Below are positions 10,593 through 22,468 of a DNA stretch of 64,000 bases, piece by piece. The first letter of the stretch is position 1, and each line of letters begins with the position of its first letter. The DNA lies in assembly GCA_977862235.1 (NCBI GenBank), contig OZ374563.1:1-64000 (forward strand), given 5' to 3'. The translations under genes and the position numbers were made by a program. The notes under the pieces were generated by a model. That model was not told the DNA's origin, ran no database searches, and was given only the letters and a program-made list of their open reading frames with translations. The stretch is from Dudresnaya verticillata (Eukaryota).

Positions 10593-12065
10593 AGAATTGG
10601 GGATGCAATGTTCGTACTCGGTTTCCGTGTACTTCTGCCAGTCGGCCTCGATTGCAAGCTTGCAATCGAAGCCGGGTCCTCGGATTCGGAACTACTTTGC
10701 CGCTCAAGTCCAAAAGCCTCCTTTCTTGTGCCCGTCGGCCTCGGTTCCAAATTTGCAATCGAAGCCGGTTGCCTCACAAGTTCACAAAGAATATCCGCTT
10801 CTCCTTAGAGTTCAAAACGGGCTCTTTTGCAAGCTAACAACTGTGTTCGTCCCCAAGGAATGGCCAGGGCTCTGTTGTAAGCTTGCAATTGTGCCCGGTT
10901 TTCAAACTCTCGTGGAGATAAGGTCGATAATTTCCAGTACCGACGCAGACAATTACAATTACAAGTCGACTCGGGCAATTGGACGATGCAGTGGATCCGA
11001 CGGTGCGCTTGCCGGAATAGTTCTGCGTTGCTCGCGTCACGTCGGACGCGCAGAAAGGAAGGGAAGAAGGCTTGGTGCGGGGCAGAACGCCAAGGAAAGA
11101 GGTTAGTGGTCGCAAATCAAAATGTTAGGCACGTCGAGGGTCGAAAAAGAAGCGATAGTTGAGCGGCTTAGGGTCAGGGGGGTGATTGTCTGGATCGTGG
11201 GGAGGCCATGGGCCTCACAACTGTCTGTCACACTTATGCGCAACTGCCGTCGATATTTTGGCGGGAAACCGAAACACGGCCAGCTTGCTCTCCTGTATGT
11301 GAGATCCCTGTCTGGCGGGAACCTTGCGCAACCTCGCTCTCCTGACAAGTGTTTCAATTACGGTGCCGAATAGCAGTTTGCGACCAATGCCTGGTGATGC
11401 TTCACACCTATCATATCAATGCGTTTCGGTACGTTTGGAAACTGCCGCCAGACTCACGCCATCAGACTTAAACCCCACACTCCAGTCGGTGGTCGTCCCC
11501 TCCCCCTCCCCCTCTCTCCAGAGACACCGACCCTAGCCCACAGTTCAACACCTCCCCGCAGCTTCACCGACAGAGTCAACCGGAGCTGCCCTGCTTCACT
11601 GCCCCATCCGATTAACGTCGCCGTCGGGCGCAGCCGTGCGCACTATCCTAATCCACAGCGATTCAATTCGGATATGATCTACTTCTGTTTGGATCCCATT
11701 CGGATCCAATTAAAGAAGCAGATCATATCCGTCCTAGGTTGCGAACTTGCAATCGAGGCCGGACGGGAAAATCCGAGGCATGATGTACGTATTATCCCCC
11801 TCATTTCGCGATCTCTTCGTCGCGACTTACATTTCCCGCTCAATAGAGTTCGCAACGGACCTGTGCCGGCCCATTCACACCCTCCGGCCACGATTGCAAG
11901 CTTGCAACCTAGGCTGCAAAGCCCATTGGGCTGTGTGGAGCATGCTTTCCATCCGCCCTGTATTGTAAACTTTCAATCGAGGCCGAGAGGGCTGGAGTGC
12001 GTTCGAGTGCGCTGTGTGGAGCATTCTTTCTATCCGGCCTGCATTGAAAACTTTCAATTGAGGCC
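7993..12065. repeat. Nine copies of a 30-bp palindrome, consensus GGCCTCGATTGCAAGCTTGCAATCGAGGCC
   Basis: Copies at 7993, 9436, 10644, 10737, 10867 (degenerate), 11731, 11886, 11955 and 12036. Confidence 0.9.
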
Positions 12066-12115
12066 GGGAGGGTTGAAACGGGCTATACGGAGCATTCCTC
12101 CGCACGTCCACGTCC

Positions 12116-12181
12116 AGTGATCGGGAGAATACGTAGACATTAGTCCACGTATTCTCCCGCTCACTACGCGATCTTTGCTAG
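12116..12181 (+). other. 23-bp-stem hairpin followed 12 nt later by CTAG|T (Helitron 3'-end-like)
   Basis: 12116-12138 pairs with 12143-12165 (2 mismatches, loop ATTA); CTAG at 12178-12181, then T. Confidence 0.45.
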
Positions 12182-12201
12182 TAAAGGACTTCCTTCATCA
12201 G

Positions 12202-12660
12202 TGTTGTCGCTGGTGTTTCGATACCCGGACAATGGATGCCTTACTGACTCGTTGTATGCCCACTCCTGGTTTCCTGCAAACCTGCGGGTGGTATAGTTAG
12301 AATTCACCACACTTTTTTCCTTCCCTGGAGCTGTTGCACGTTGCATGTCTACAAGTATGGAACTGAATGTGCTGAATGCTTCGTATGGTTGTCGGTCCAG
12401 CAGTGCATGCGGGCCGGTGCCACGCGCCCCGTTGTCGCTGGTGTTTCGATACCCAGACAATGGGTGCCTTACTGACTCGTTGTATAGCCACCTGGCTGAC
12501 TGCACACCTACGGGTGGTAGAGTTAGCATTCACCACACTTGTTTCCTTCCTTGGACTTGTTGCGTATTACATGTCTACAAGTACGGAACTGAATGTGCTG
12601 AATGCTTCGTACGGTTGTTGGTCTAACGGTACATGCGGGACGGTGCCACGCGCCCCGTTG
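12202..12660. repeat. Tandem duplication, two ~229-bp units
   Basis: GTTGTCGCTGGTGTTTCGATACCC.GACAATGG.TGCCTTACTGACTCG at ~12202 and ~12431; the units are colinear to GGTGCCACGCGCCCCGTTG. Confidence 0.9.
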
Positions 12661-13327
12661 CTTTGTGTGCGCCCAACCCAATGACACACTCCCCACAGAG
12701 TTTGTTTCCGGTAGGCTTACAGGTTTACTTGCAAGCGCGCGCGCTTTTCCCGGTCTCGATTTTGTATTTCGTATTTTGAACCGCATGGATGCAGCATGCG
12801 CGCGCACACAAATCGATATCAGCACTGCGTGCTCGACACGCGCACTGCGCCTGCTGTGTTGGTTGGCCAAAAGCAGCACGGCACCGTGTGCGCTCCGTAC
12901 CTCACAGTTTGTATTCGCCGTTAAGCATGAAGTCGGCCCTCACGGGGTCAGGAAGGCCGTTGTCAAGCATGGAGTCGAAACGAATTGGCCAATGCTAGCC
13001 TATAGCGATATCCCCTCACAGTAGTTCGTATTGTGCGACTCGCTCCTTAACGGAATGTTGATTTGTCATTAATCTGGGCGTTTCGTCTCCATGCTTAACC
13101 CCGGATTACATATAGGAAGCCGCCATTTGGTCCAGGGATGTCGAATCAGGCTCCAAATCAATTTTAGAGGCCTCCTTCATCTAGAAATCGCGTATCTTTT
13201 GAATTCTTCGCAGGTACACCAACCAGGGCGGTCCTACACAAGTATCAGGCGCTGTAAGGTCGCTGCTATACCCCTGCCGCTGTAAATTTGCACAGCTCCT
13301 CATGAGAGCATGCTGAAGACGTGGGTC

Positions 13328-14073
13328 TATTAAATTAATGACCTGGAACCTTATAGAATTTAATATAAACACAGTATTTAATATGTAAACAGTGAACCAG
13401 CTCACGGACGTTCTCGCTCCTTCCTTCAATCAAACCAGTGCTGAATCTAATCCCCAGAGCCTCTAGATACAGTCTTATGTCGTATATTCTTCCCTTGATC
13501 TAGTCGACAAACCGGTATTGGATCCGAACCTGATGCAATCCATGACTTTTACTACTGTACTGTACTATACTTTATCATCCCTCCCTTTCCTTTTCCCCGT
13601 CCTTACTCCTTTCATTCCCACCCCCTACATCCCTAAACGCGTTAAAATGATACGTCCCTAACACCCCTAAACCCACCCATAAGCATACATGCCCCAAACC
13701 CCTATATAACCCGCTCAAAAGCTGCCGACGGCCCGTGGGGACGTTTTGCACCATAGAAACGCGCCAAAAATTTGATTTAGGAAGTTAAGGGCTTCCCGCA
13801 ACGCGTAGCAACGATACGCTTCGATTGAGCTACTGAACATCGACCTACCCCCAGCCGTTCCAAAGTTATGAGCACAACCGTCCAAGCCACCCTCACCCCA
13901 GCCTACAAACTTGATCCGATTGTGGTGATCCTTGATCTAATCTTCTGGGTACTCAATCTAATCCAATTCTATGTCCCTAAATCCAATTCATCCACCACAC
14001 TGATTCATTCCATGCACCACCATGGTTCATTCCATGCACCAACACTAGACCCTTTACCCCATCAATATCATAC
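13328..14073 (+). repeat. Subtelomeric direct repeat copy B, ending where a solo LTR begins
   Basis: Diverged colinear match to 6806-7560. Confidence 0.85.
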
Positions 14074-14079
14074 GGGGCG

Positions 14080-14888
14080 TGTAGTATAGCTGTGAGCACA
14101 CCATCAACAGCGGCTGTAAGCTATGCTGACAGCTCTGCACTGCAATGGTGCGCACAATGACGTCCACTGGGGAATCGTAATTGGGCAGTGAACCCGCTGG
14201 TTTTTTCGCTACTTTTTAGCGGCGGTCGACCGCCTTGCTGTCGGCAGCGGCCGCGCGCCGTGCCACACACGGCGCGCCTCAGTGACACTCGTCGCCATCG
14301 AGCCGTTGAGGGCGGCTTCCCGTTACGCCCTGCGCGCGCCCACAGGTAGCCGTTACCCGGACATGTCGACACGTGTATGGACGCGCGCTCACGAACCTCC
14401 CGCGTTCGTGCTGTTGGAGCGTACCCACCATAGAGTAGCCGTAGGCGCATACTAGTGTACAGTGTGTAAGGCCGTCTGCCATCGACGGCTCAGTAAACCG
14501 GTCAAGCAACAGCTCGCGCTGAAGCTTGCCCCCAGCCTTTCGGGTTCGATCCCTTTCCTCTACACCAGCGGGCGATTCTCATTTTCCCTCGCCTCGCTAG
14601 GCTTTCCTTCTTTCTTTTTCTTTTCCGTCGGCTTAGTGCCGCCCTTCGGCAGGGACGATGGGATCCGACAGCTGCCTACCCCGATATGGTACGTCGCGTG
14701 CACGCTCCGGCATCGACGCCGTTGATCCGCACCGCCGCGGCACACGCGGCCGACACCGCTCTACCACTAGCTACCCATCCACGGGTCTGCGTGACGGCTT
14801 CGGACCAGCGAGTATCAGACGTCGGGTCGGGCCGAGGTCTATAATACATCAGGGAATTTACTCGGACCGACCCGACGTCTATAATACA
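14080..14888 (+). mobile_element. Solo LTR of a Gypsy family related to the 44106-45046 LTR; 3' end duplicated
   Basis: TGTAGTATAG...CTATAATACA terminal inverted repeat; colinear with 22469-23237 and 44430-45046; CTATAATACATCAGGGAATTTACT occurs at 14839 and 14879; no clear TSD. Confidence 0.8.
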
Positions 14889-15329
14889 TCAGGGAATTTA
14901 CTTTCCTATTCCATCCGAGAATATAATTATGCTTTCTATCGTTCCTACCACATAGTTGGAACCAATGAAAACTACTTGCTCCTTGATTGCTTGTGCGTAG
15001 AAGTCCTGCGGATTTAGATACCGCCCCAGTTGGTCAAAGAACGGCTTCCAAATTGCTTTATAAAGAATCTTCAATCTTCAATCCTACGGTTTTTCCTGTC
15101 CAGGGCAGACAAGTCACAAGACACTCAGTTTATGTTTAAGGTCTCACGCCCAAAATGATCCGCGATATTGAGCATGTTACAAGGACAAGCTGAGCATATT
15201 CCAAGGACAATCAAGATCGAGGCGCGAGTGACGAAACAAGAACGAGGACTGCAGAAGAAGTTGAAAGGTTTGTATCCCCGGAAGGTGTCGACAGGAACAG
15301 GAGTGCTCGTGACGCGCTGTGGCAACAGC

Positions 15330-16140
15330 ACAATAGCTCACGCAGCCACGGGTACGGTGCGAGAGTGGAACAAAGTCATATCTGTGCACAGTACAGACGG
15401 CCCTGGGCGCGGTGCAAGAACAGGCAGGAAGCTATCTGGGCGCAGTAGTGAACTGCTCCTGGGGCGGCATGGAAACGGTCAGGAAAGTGCCTGGGCGCAG
15501 CAGGGGCGCCATAGGCGTGATACGCAATCATGGTCAAGGTTATTTCTGGTAGCAGCGCAGGCGGCTCTGGGGCAGGATTAAAGCGGCAGGAAAGTGCCTG
15601 GTACAGTACTGACGGGTCTGGACGCAGTGTGCGAACGGGAAGGAAATTGCCAGTGCGCAGCAGCGAACGGCCCATGGGTGCGGCATGGCAGCGGTCATGA
15701 TAGTGCCTAAGCGCAGTGGCTACTGCCATCGTTTTGGTACGCGAGCCTGGCCAGGGCAATGTGCGGGCATAGAGCGCACGCGGCCCTGGGCGCGGCGCCA
15801 GATTGGGGCAGGCGTGGGCCAAGGAAATTTCTGGGAAGGGTTTTGATGAAGGGCAGGCAGGGGCGGCCGAGGGTAGGGCCGGGGCCGTGGGAAATTTCGG
15901 ATAAAAGTTTGTTACAGAAATTCCGAAAGTTGGAACGTTTCGCGAACGTTTCAGCCGCCACACGAAAACCAGGGAAACTTCTATAACTTCCGAACGAAAT
16001 GTTCGTTTACAAAACGGTTTTCACCGCTAAACTCAGCTTACTCCGTCCTTTCCAACGCAGGAAAGAAAAATCTGTTCTGAGAAATGCTGTGACGGAAAAC
16101 ATTTTCTGACACATCGGAAATCAGGGTTCTTCTCAGTTCT
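15330..16140 (+). repeat. Unclassified interspersed repeat, copy 1
   Basis: Colinear with ~29250-29965, including the identical TTTGTTACAGAAATTCCGAAAGTTGGAACGTTTCGCGAA. Confidence 0.8.
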
Positions 16141-16224
16141 AGGTCAGAAACAGACATCACCATGCTCGTTTGACAACTATTCAATGAATAGGTCTGTGGA
16201 AAATATCAATAACAATATGAAGTT

Positions 16225-16324
16225 TACACCAGTCGCGCTACGATTTGATATTAACATCTTTGATTTGATTTGATATATTTGATTTAATTTGATATTAATA
16301 TCAAATCGTAGCGCGAATGATGTA
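16225..16324. mobile_element. ~100-bp fold-back element (MITE-like), TA-flanked
   Basis: Perfect 22-bp arms 16233-16254 and 16295-16316, extendable with 2 mismatches to TA dinucleotides; ATTTG microsatellite between the arms. Confidence 0.55.
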
Positions 16325-16937
16325 AGATCTCAATAAAACGCCAGAGTTTGGGACACTAACATTTTGCTCAGAAACAAATCTCATCTGAGTTTCAATCATT
16401 CTCGGACAAAAACACTTGGTAGTACATTTCCATGAATTTTAGAAGAAATTATTTCATAATTCTTGGAACTGTTTCACTATTAATATTTTCCGACTAACTT
16501 ACATAGCAAATAACTGAGAACAGGTTGTAGAATTACACATTGTTCGCATCCTTGAAGTCAAGCTTATGTATGATCTCGAATACTCGCTGGACATGAAATT
16601 TTCTGAATTAATTTCAGTACAAATCATTCCTCCTAAGAGCCACAAGGCCTAGAATATTTTCTTTTCTGTTGTTGGAATTCAGTATGTGTGTTTATATGAG
16701 CCCGTAAATTATTGCGCTCGATCGCAGCTAATTTACTATACTGATGATTCAAATTAGTTGCTAATGCTCGAATACTTCTACATCGCGAGCCGCCACTGTG
16801 TGTGACACAGAAGAGCTTTGAGATTGCAAAAGTTCTAATCCTTCTACATGTCGAAAAGCCAGGCAGAGGATACTGTATAGTAGTACCACAGGTTTGATAT
16901 TTTTCTAATCAGGTTTCATCTACTGGTAATATATTCA

Positions 16938-18446
16938 ATGTTACGACATGCAGCTGATGCCGGAACAAATTTCGCGCTTGTGAGAGGAGTTTTATCTTCC
17001 CGAAGGTCGTTGAAGATCACTATGGAGAAGCAAGTACGGAAACGGGCATCTTTGAAAGTGGCCTTTTGCACTGCAACCGTGCTCACAGTAATGACAGCCT
17101 ACGTTTGTTGGTCTCAAGTGCAAGCAAAACTGGCGAGGAGAAAGTCTTACACTTTCTCCATTGATTCCGAGCATCGAAATATTATCAGATTTCCAACGAG
17201 AGTTCCTCGAATCGCCATTGCCGAACTAGTTGAACATCTGGGCCTTCGAATTGGAGCAGAAGTAGGTGTTCAGAGAGGATACTTCGCTGCTGAAACATTA
17301 CAGATATGGAATTCTTGTCAGAAATATGTCCTTGTAGACTTATGGGCCCACCAAGAAAATTACTTGGACAAAGCCAACAAAAACCAAACCATTCAAGAGG
17401 AAATTATGAAGGACGCAATGAAAAACGTAGATCACTGGGAAGGAAAGATTGAGACATGCAGAAATTTCTCAGAGGTATGTGCTCATCAATACCCTGACAA
17501 CTACTTTGACTACGTTTACATTGATGCACGGCATGACTTCAAAGGAGTGTATGCTGATTTGCAGGCCTGGTACCCAAAAATTAAAAGCGATGGTATTATG
17601 GCTGGGCATGATTACATGAGTGCCGTCGAAGTCGCCAGACAAGATTGGACGGTTCAATTTGACGGCACATTTGACTATGGGAGACAGGCAGTAAGAGGGG
17701 CAGTCAATCTATTCGTCGCAGAGAACGAACAATATGTTACATTTCCAGACTGGCCAAAGAAATATCGGTCCTGGGTCATTCGAAAGACAGCCGGTCAACG
17801 AAAGTCGAATAATATCTTACACTTTATTAATCTCTCATGTTTTGAGTATGAAGAAAGAGAAGATTGTAGGCTAGTTCCGAAGGATTATGCTAAAATGGTC
17901 ATGCACTGGGAAAGGAAGAATTTGGATTCAATTTCTATTCTATGGACTCCTGCTCTGGTTCGGAGGTTCTTCCCACATTTATCAGTCCTGTTCTACACGG
18001 CTTACAACAGAAATGTTTATAATTTCGAAGAGGTGATCAAGCTAGAGGTGTTGTACAAATTTGGCGGGATATTTATAAGCGCCGAGAACATTCCTATAAT
18101 TGGGATCCGTCAATATATAGAATCACTGAGTACAGGGAAAGTGGTTGCGGCTTGCCGTCAGAAATCCTCTGGAAAGGAATTCAGGTCTACTGGAAATCGC
18201 TGTCAAAAGCTATCTCCTTTGCTCTTGGGGTCTGAAAAAGGAAATGAGGCCCTGAAAATACTATCACGAACACATAGAAGCATTTTCTCGCTGGGATTTC
18301 GAAGTTTGAACGCGTATTCTGGACTTCTGCCAGAGCTCATCAAAAATGTTAGCCATATTGTAGTAGACCCCGATGTAACTCTTCCATGTACAATAGAAGA
18401 GTACTCTGAAAATTGCGTAGCATTGGACGGATTCTCTTTAACGTGA
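16938..18446 (+). CDS. Type II membrane protein: class I SAM methyltransferase (Methyltransf_24-like) fused to a GT32/DXD-family glycosyltransferase-like domain; alternative start 17022
   Basis: Basic tail plus hydrophobic anchor VAFCTATVLTVMTAYVCW; methyltransferase motifs AEVGVQRG, LVDLW, FDYVYIDARH, GIMAGHDY; then NILHFI...ILWT...IKLEVLYKFGGIFIS. Intact and intronless. Confidence 0.85.
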   Translation: MLRHAADAGTNFALVRGVLSSRRSLKITMEKQVRKRASLKVAFCTATVLTVMTAYVCWSQVQAKLARRKSYTFSIDSEHRNIIRFPTRVPRIAIAELVEHLGLRIGAEVGVQRGYFAAETLQIWNSCQKYVLVDLWAHQENYLDKANKNQTIQEEIMKDAMKNVDHWEGKIETCRNFSEVCAHQYPDNYFDYVYIDARHDFKGVYADLQAWYPKIKSDGIMAGHDYMSAVEVARQDWTVQFDGTFDYGRQAVRGAVNLFVAENEQYVTFPDWPKKYRSWVIRKTAGQRKSNNILHFINLSCFEYEEREDCRLVPKDYAKMVMHWERKNLDSISILWTPALVRRFFPHLSVLFYTAYNRNVYNFEEVIKLEVLYKFGGIFISAENIPIIGIRQYIESLSTGKVVAACRQKSSGKEFRSTGNRCQKLSPLLLGSEKGNEALKILSRTHRSIFSLGFRSLNAYSGLLPELIKNVSHIVVDPDVTLPCTIEEYSENCVALDGFSLT

Positions 18447-18581
18447 CAATTTCTCCTACTTCAATGACGAACTCCTGTTCCTCTTCTCATTTCTGTAAGC
18501 CCAAGTCAAGATATTTAGGGACATGAATGTCAACCCATCAGATCTGATGCGTATCGCTATTGCACCACGACACAACATTGT

Positions 18582-18648
18582 ACTATGAAGGCTCAATAAT
18601 TTGTAACTATGAAGGCTCAATAATTTGTAACTATGAAGGCTCAATAAT
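18582..18648. repeat. 24-bp tandem repeat, ~2.8 copies
   Basis: ACTATGAAGGCTCAATAATTTGTA repeated. Confidence 0.9.
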
Positions 18649-19186
18649 CCGTACCAGATATATTGGCTAGAGCTGAAGGAACCATGTTATGAGTGTACTC
18701 CGGGAAATGATTTCTTTGTTTTCACGTACGCGACGAGGTCATCAATTGGATTTCTAGGCCGAAAAGTTTACTTTATGCACTTAACATGTATCAACTATTC
18801 CAAGATATCTGTTTGTCAACGGGAACTACTCCCAACAATAGGAACTGGGACTGAAAATCTTGCTATACTGTTCCGTCGTTAGAGATTTTATACCATTCTG
18901 TATAATAACTCTCCGTTACTCGCACCGATAATAAGGAGCACGTAATTCAAGTGCCGAGCCGTTCCATTACTGTGAAAATATGCAACAACGGAGGAGGTCC
19001 TCAATCGGGATGTACACGAATTTGACAACAACGGAATTCGTGATTACCCAAATGAAGGAGCTCCCATTTTAGTCTTAAACACTTGAAGATACTTACGTGA
19101 TAAGAACAGTATAAAATACCTCACGCATTGTAGTACTGCGAAAGGTATTCAAATAGAACTACAGAACCAACTCCTCAACATTCATC

Positions 19187-20400
19187 AGGTTGTAGGCAAC
19201 TAAACGTTACTAGGCTACATTGTTGCTTTTCTTCTTCTCTGCTACACTGTAACACCGGTCGTCAGTACCACGACGACAGAACCCCAGGACACTGTGGATA
19301 CCAGCCGTTACCACATTGAGCGTCTAAACTCTACAAATTGCTACTGCTGGTGTCACGAAATCGAATTGGTCCTTCGCGACAAGGGCATCTGAGATATTGA
19401 AAATGGTACTGAAAATGTACCAGAGAACCCTACCGAGCAAGCCAAGTATCTCCGCCGTAGTGACTCAGCCTTGAGTACCATCCTTCTCACCATTGATGAC
19501 TCCTGTAATGCTGGTTTCATTGATCTCCGTGACCCAACCGAAGTCTGGAACCAGCTGCAAAAGACATATCAAGTTATCTCTGAAGCGTCCGTTGATACCT
19601 ATCTCGAACAATACCAAGCATTGAAAATGAAGCCTACTGAGAAAGTAACCCAGTACATCAACTGCCTTCGGGAACTTGAAAGCAAGTTGTCCGGCGTTGG
19701 CCATATTGTTTCTAGCAAGAAGAAACGAGCACTCCTTCGCGGATTGACGGAAGATTTCAAGGTTCCGGTACAGGTCATACGCGCTATGAAACATGAACGT
19801 GAAGTTGCAATTGGAATGCTCTTCAACCATGAGATGTCGCTGCTTCCTCACCATGAGAGGAACTCTACCGCACTATCCGCACACTACCAGAAGAAATGTA
19901 CGCACTGCGGCCGCAAGGGACATTCCAAATCTGAATGCTACCACAATCCAAAAAGTTCTAAATATCGGCCAGAGATGCGGCATCGTGGAAACGGCAGCTA
20001 CCAGCTACCATAATAGGCGAAACCGTCGCAGTCATTCCTATCGCGCTTGTTACAAACACCAAGACATGGATGACCTACCTAACTCCACGGGGTCTACCTA
20101 TATCACGTTCATCTCGATGTGCCTCACATCATGCTCTGGCTCAAGTATAAAATCCTCAAGGAGAAGTGGTTTATAGATTCGGGTGCCACGTCAAACATTT
20201 GTAACAAAAAACGTTTTTCAAACATCTGAACACTGAAAAATGATACCTCCGTATCTGTGGGAGACGGAAATAAGGCTAGAGTACATGATGTCGGAACTGT
20301 ACATGGTTTTGTGCAGTTTGATGGATTAAACCAATCTGTCCGCATGCAGAACATCTTATTCATTCCAGATCTGATCAAGTTACTCACGTTGACCTCAGAA
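19187..20400 (+). mobile_element. Decayed Ty1/Copia gag-protease fragment
   Basis: gag-like VWNQLQKTY and YINCLRELESKL; zinc knuckle CTHCGRKGHSKSEC; protease WFIDSGATSNIC and VSVGDG...NILFIPDL; contains stops. Confidence 0.85.
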
Positions 20401-22468
20401 ATGATCATGTGGTCCAGCACGTCATCTCAAAAGCGCGATTGACAGACGCAGACGCCCAAATGTCAACACCAATGAACTGTGCAGTGCAGTTGAGCGAATT
20501 CGGATCCCTCCACGAGCTTGAAGAGGCCTTGCCCAGAGAGCATGCGCGATTTTGACGAAGAGAGATGATGTATTTGCACCGGGACGAACCCTCTTTTGAC
20601 ATAGATTCGCGGATTCTCTCCGTCTCAACAGCCTGCTCTTTGTCGTTATAACCAATGTAAGATCTCATATACACCTGATTAATGTCGCCACTGTGACAGG
20701 AGCGACGAAAGAAAGCCAACAGTATCTCCCTCCTGCCCGGCAGTTTGAAAGAGCAAAGTAACAATCGTTTCTATGTTTGCTTGTTCTATGTCTAAGAGAC
20801 TGCAATAGGCAGGGTCTACTGCTTCCGCAGCCCCCCAGTTTCTCACGATACGAAAGGAGCATAGTGTGGGCAAGGGTTGGCCCCTGATGCATAAACCACC
20901 TCAAATGGAGAATTCCGATTCTTTGACAAAAAGGTTTCCGCCATGCGATTGCGGGTGATGCAGGCAGTGGTCCTCGAACTACCTTCAAAGAGATGCATTG
21001 AATGGATCTCAGGAAGCTTGTCCGGTGGAGTAGAAACCATTTATATCATGGCAAGCACGACTTTCCGCTGACGCGTGGGTTACATGCCTCATTCCCTATG
21101 TCGCATCTGGCAGGAAGGAAATGTTCCTAGCGGCTGCGGATGTGACGGAGTAGTGCAGAACTGTACCGCGAAGCGAGGAATACCTCTACCGTTGCGGACA
21201 AGAAGAGAATGTATCTATCTGTTGTTCATGCGATATAAGGATTGGGCTGCAGCATCAATGCGGTCTTCCACGACAATGATTCAGTCTATGCTTCTAACTG
21301 CGATCTGGACGCCGACATCATGGAACGCCCTTGTTCCTTCATTCACCGCTCCTGCCAGGGAAGATTGTTACAATGCTCTTTCCGTTGACTAGGGCCTAGT
21401 AACTGAATTATACATTACCGGACAGGGTGTTTGCCTTCTCCAGTGACTTTTCAAGCGCGAGGTGAGGATGACAGATGCATAACGTGCTCCATATCGCAAG
21501 TAAGCGCCGGTTCGACTGCCAGCGATGGGGTCTTCCGCTGAGCAAGTTAAGGATACAGCGCAGTATGCATCCCGAAAAAGGGCAATGCTGCGGTGTGTGT
21601 GCAGTTACAATGCTGCTACTCCTCTTCAAGATTGTGAAGTGAGGTTGTCCGATGAGCCTTTCGGTTCAGCAAAGGCGCAACCGACATCGAGCAGCCGAAA
21701 TCGAATGCGCACGGGACTGCTCAGGGCGAGACGTACCACACGTGGAGCTGCGATACGCGGGGCGGTAACATGGGGCCGCGGCAGGTCGATTCGGCCGAGT
21801 TGGCGGGCGACATGGCGATCTGCAGGGGTTTTTCGGCTGGTGGGGCGGCCGCGGCGTGGTGGAGCTGCGAGAGTCGGTGCGCGGCCGACGAGACGCGCGC
21901 GGTGGCGGCGTGCGGGGAGTCTTGGAGGAGGGACGGGGGTGCGGTGTGCGATGGGAGAGGACAGGCAGAAGCGGGACCGGAGGGGGAGGAGGAGTGGGAG
22001 AATTGCGTGTGCCGCTTTGAAATATGCGCTATATCATACGATAGTATGATATCATGTATTTATATATCATATATTACTGTCTAATACTACAGTATGACAC
22101 AGACCGGGGTGCATTAGCACCCTGGATGCAGTACGGTAGTATTAATTTATTTGAGGCATCATGCGGTACAGTGAGCTGAAAATAATATGGACTTACAAAT
22201 GATGTGCCTCAGATGCCTGTAAGATATTTGTACCGACCAATCAAAGCAAAGGGAGGATCATCAGAGTATCCAATTGGTGTCCAATTTGTCCAGAATCACC
22301 CAACGGATATCCAACGAGCATTTATCACGCATCATACCCCCGAAACGGGCCAATCCCGTAACCCCAATGTTCATCCCCGAGTAGCCGACGGACATATAGC
22401 GGGTGTCCAAAAAATCCAACGGACATCCGCAGGATAGCTCCCGAACCTCCAAATTCTTCACTGGGCCG

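Noticed and set aside
6806..14073. DIRS/Ngaro or LTR retrotransposon
   Set aside because: No RT, RNase H or gag between the repeats, and no TG..CA, PBS or PPT.
20430..22100. Short ORFs suggesting another decayed gene
   Set aside because: No motif or consistent frame that I could assign.
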